Source: a virus. Taken from it: a DNA stretch of 64,000 nucleotides. A program made the translations under genes and the position numbers. This document shows positions 63,197-64,000 of this stretch, piece by piece. Position 1 is the first letter of the stretch; each line of letters starts with the position of its first letter. The notes under the pieces were generated by a model. That model did no database searches. It saw nothing but the letters and a program-made list of their open reading frames with translations, and was not told where the DNA came from. The stretch spans positions 179,965 to 243,964 of IMG/VR virus record IMGVR_UViG_3300045988_126112. The stretch is one strand, 5' to 3'.

Positions 63197-63276
63197 ACTA
63201 AAGTCATTACGATTGATTTCGTAATGGCTTTTTATTTTTTAACACTATTAATAAAATGAAAGGAGGTAATTATATA
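63197..63276 (+). repeat. junction cassette B2
   Basis: See 61278..61354. Confidence 0.8.
63201..63240 (+). terminator. intrinsic terminator (junction cassette B2)
   Basis: AAAGTCATTACGA ttgat TCGTAATGGCTTT, then TTATTTTTT. Confidence 0.85.
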
Positions 63277-64000
63277 ATGAAGAATAGACAAGTATTAAAA
63301 TTATTGCAAAATTTACCAGAAAATACAAAGAGCTATATAGATAATAAGGTGCCAAAAACATATGCTGGATCAGATACAGCAGGTGGTGTAGCAACTGAAG
63401 CTGCAAAATTAAGTAATAGTTTACTTATTGTGTGTGGTGCAATGCAGGGTGGTAAAAAAACACAATTTAATGGTTCATCTGCACAATCAATAATAATTAA
63501 TCCAGCATCAATAGGTGCTGCTTATTCAGATCATGACCATAATTATGCAGGTTCTTCAACTGCAGGAGGTACTGCTACAGAGGCTGCTAAAACTACTGGT
63601 ACTTTAACATTACAAACTAATGGTACAAATGCAATTACTTTTAATGGTAGTGCTAGTAAATCTTTAAACATAACTCCAGAATCTATAGGAGCTGCAGCTA
63701 GTACGCATACTCATAGTAATTATGCATTAACTTCACATACTCATTTATATGCTGCTTCAAAAACTGCAGGAGGTGTAGCAACTGAAGCTGCAAAAACTAG
63801 TGGTACTTTGACATTACAAACTAATGGTGTTTCAGCAATTACTTTTAACGGTAGTGCTAGTAAATCTTTAGATATAACACCAGATGTTATAGGAGCTGCT
63901 ACTAGTGACCATACTCATAGTAATTATGCATTAGTTTCACATACACATAATTATGCAGGTTCTTCAACTGCAGGAGGTACTGCTACAGAGGCTGCTAAAA
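63277..64000 (+). CDS. tail fibre protein with HxH-box tandem repeats (KNLPDNTK anchor family), 3'-partial
   Basis: MKNRQVLKLLQNLPENTKSYIDNK. 68-aa repeats carrying TAGGxATEAAK and S-[TD]-H-[TD]-H-[SN]-N-Y. Frame open to the window end; not in the ORF track. Confidence 0.75.
   Translation, partial: MKNRQVLKLLQNLPENTKSYIDNKVPKTYAGSDTAGGVATEAAKLSNSLLIVCGAMQGGKKTQFNGSSAQSIIINPASIGAAYSDHDHNYAGSSTAGGTATEAAKTTGTLTLQTNGTNAITFNGSASKSLNITPESIGAAASTHTHSNYALTSHTHLYAASKTAGGVATEAAKTSGTLTLQTNGVSAITFNGSASKSLDITPDVIGAATSDHTHSNYALVSHTHNYAGSSTAGGTATEAAK
63361..64000 (+). repeat. in-frame tandem repeats, 204-bp period
   Basis: Units start at 63361 (183 bp), 63544, 63748 and 63952. A 50-nt stretch at 63541.. 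recurs exactly at 63949... Confidence 0.85.

Noticed and set aside
1-64000. tRNA genes, CRISPR arrays, integrase, transposase or other mobile-element hallmarks
   Set aside because: All intergenic regions were read. They contain only terminators, AT-rich promoter-like boxes and RBSs. There are no ~72-nt cloverleaf-like GC-rich segments and no regularly spaced short repeats with unique spacers. No recombinase or homing-endonuclease motifs were seen. This scan was by eye, not by tRNAscan.

Overview
Strongly AT-rich, densely coding 64-kb segment of a large contractile-tailed bacteriophage. Nearly every gene has a GGAGG-type Shine-Dalgarno 7-10 nt upstream, TTG and GTG starts are used, and operons end in clear stem-loop plus T-run terminators, which points to a low-GC host. 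The phage encodes its own multisubunit-type RNA polymerase: a stand-alone beta-prime N-terminal module (zinc ribbon plus NADFDGD, 3347..4840) and a separate beta-prime C-terminal module (bridge helix, CxxC, trigger loop, 34371..36455). It also encodes a family B DNA polymerase fragment with motifs B and C but no exonuclease domain or motif A (39118..41220). Other recognisable genes are a DHH/DHHA1 phosphoesterase, a tail sheath and putative tube, a candidate portal, two holin-like proteins and a cell-wall enzyme cluster (NlpC/P60, two paralogous lysozyme-like domains, an SGNH esterase with hyperacidic arms). Roughly 25 kb is tail-fibre or host-interaction genes, including a GH16 glycosidase fibre, a lamin-tail-domain purple-acid-phosphatase-like protein and a 1972-aa protein with LamG, CotH and LRR regions. 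No rRNA, tRNA, CRISPR array, integrase, transposase or reverse transcriptase was seen. The observations most worth follow-up are: (1) a duplicated structured 5' leader with mutually exclusive helices and an SD-complementary loop; (2) a 10-mer promoter-like box found nine times in intergenic DNA upstream of non-structural operons; (3) a compositional island encoding a protein with no D, E, N, Q, F or W, followed by a 7-codon mini-ORF that overlaps a terminator just upstream of the polymerase fragment; (4) a modular multi-fibre locus with shared N-terminal anchor peptides and repeated terminator-RBS junction cassettes; (5) an RCC1-like coding fragment reachable by a -1 shift at a T7 run at the end of the GH16 gene. 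All functional calls rest on motif recognition by eye, and no database search was run.
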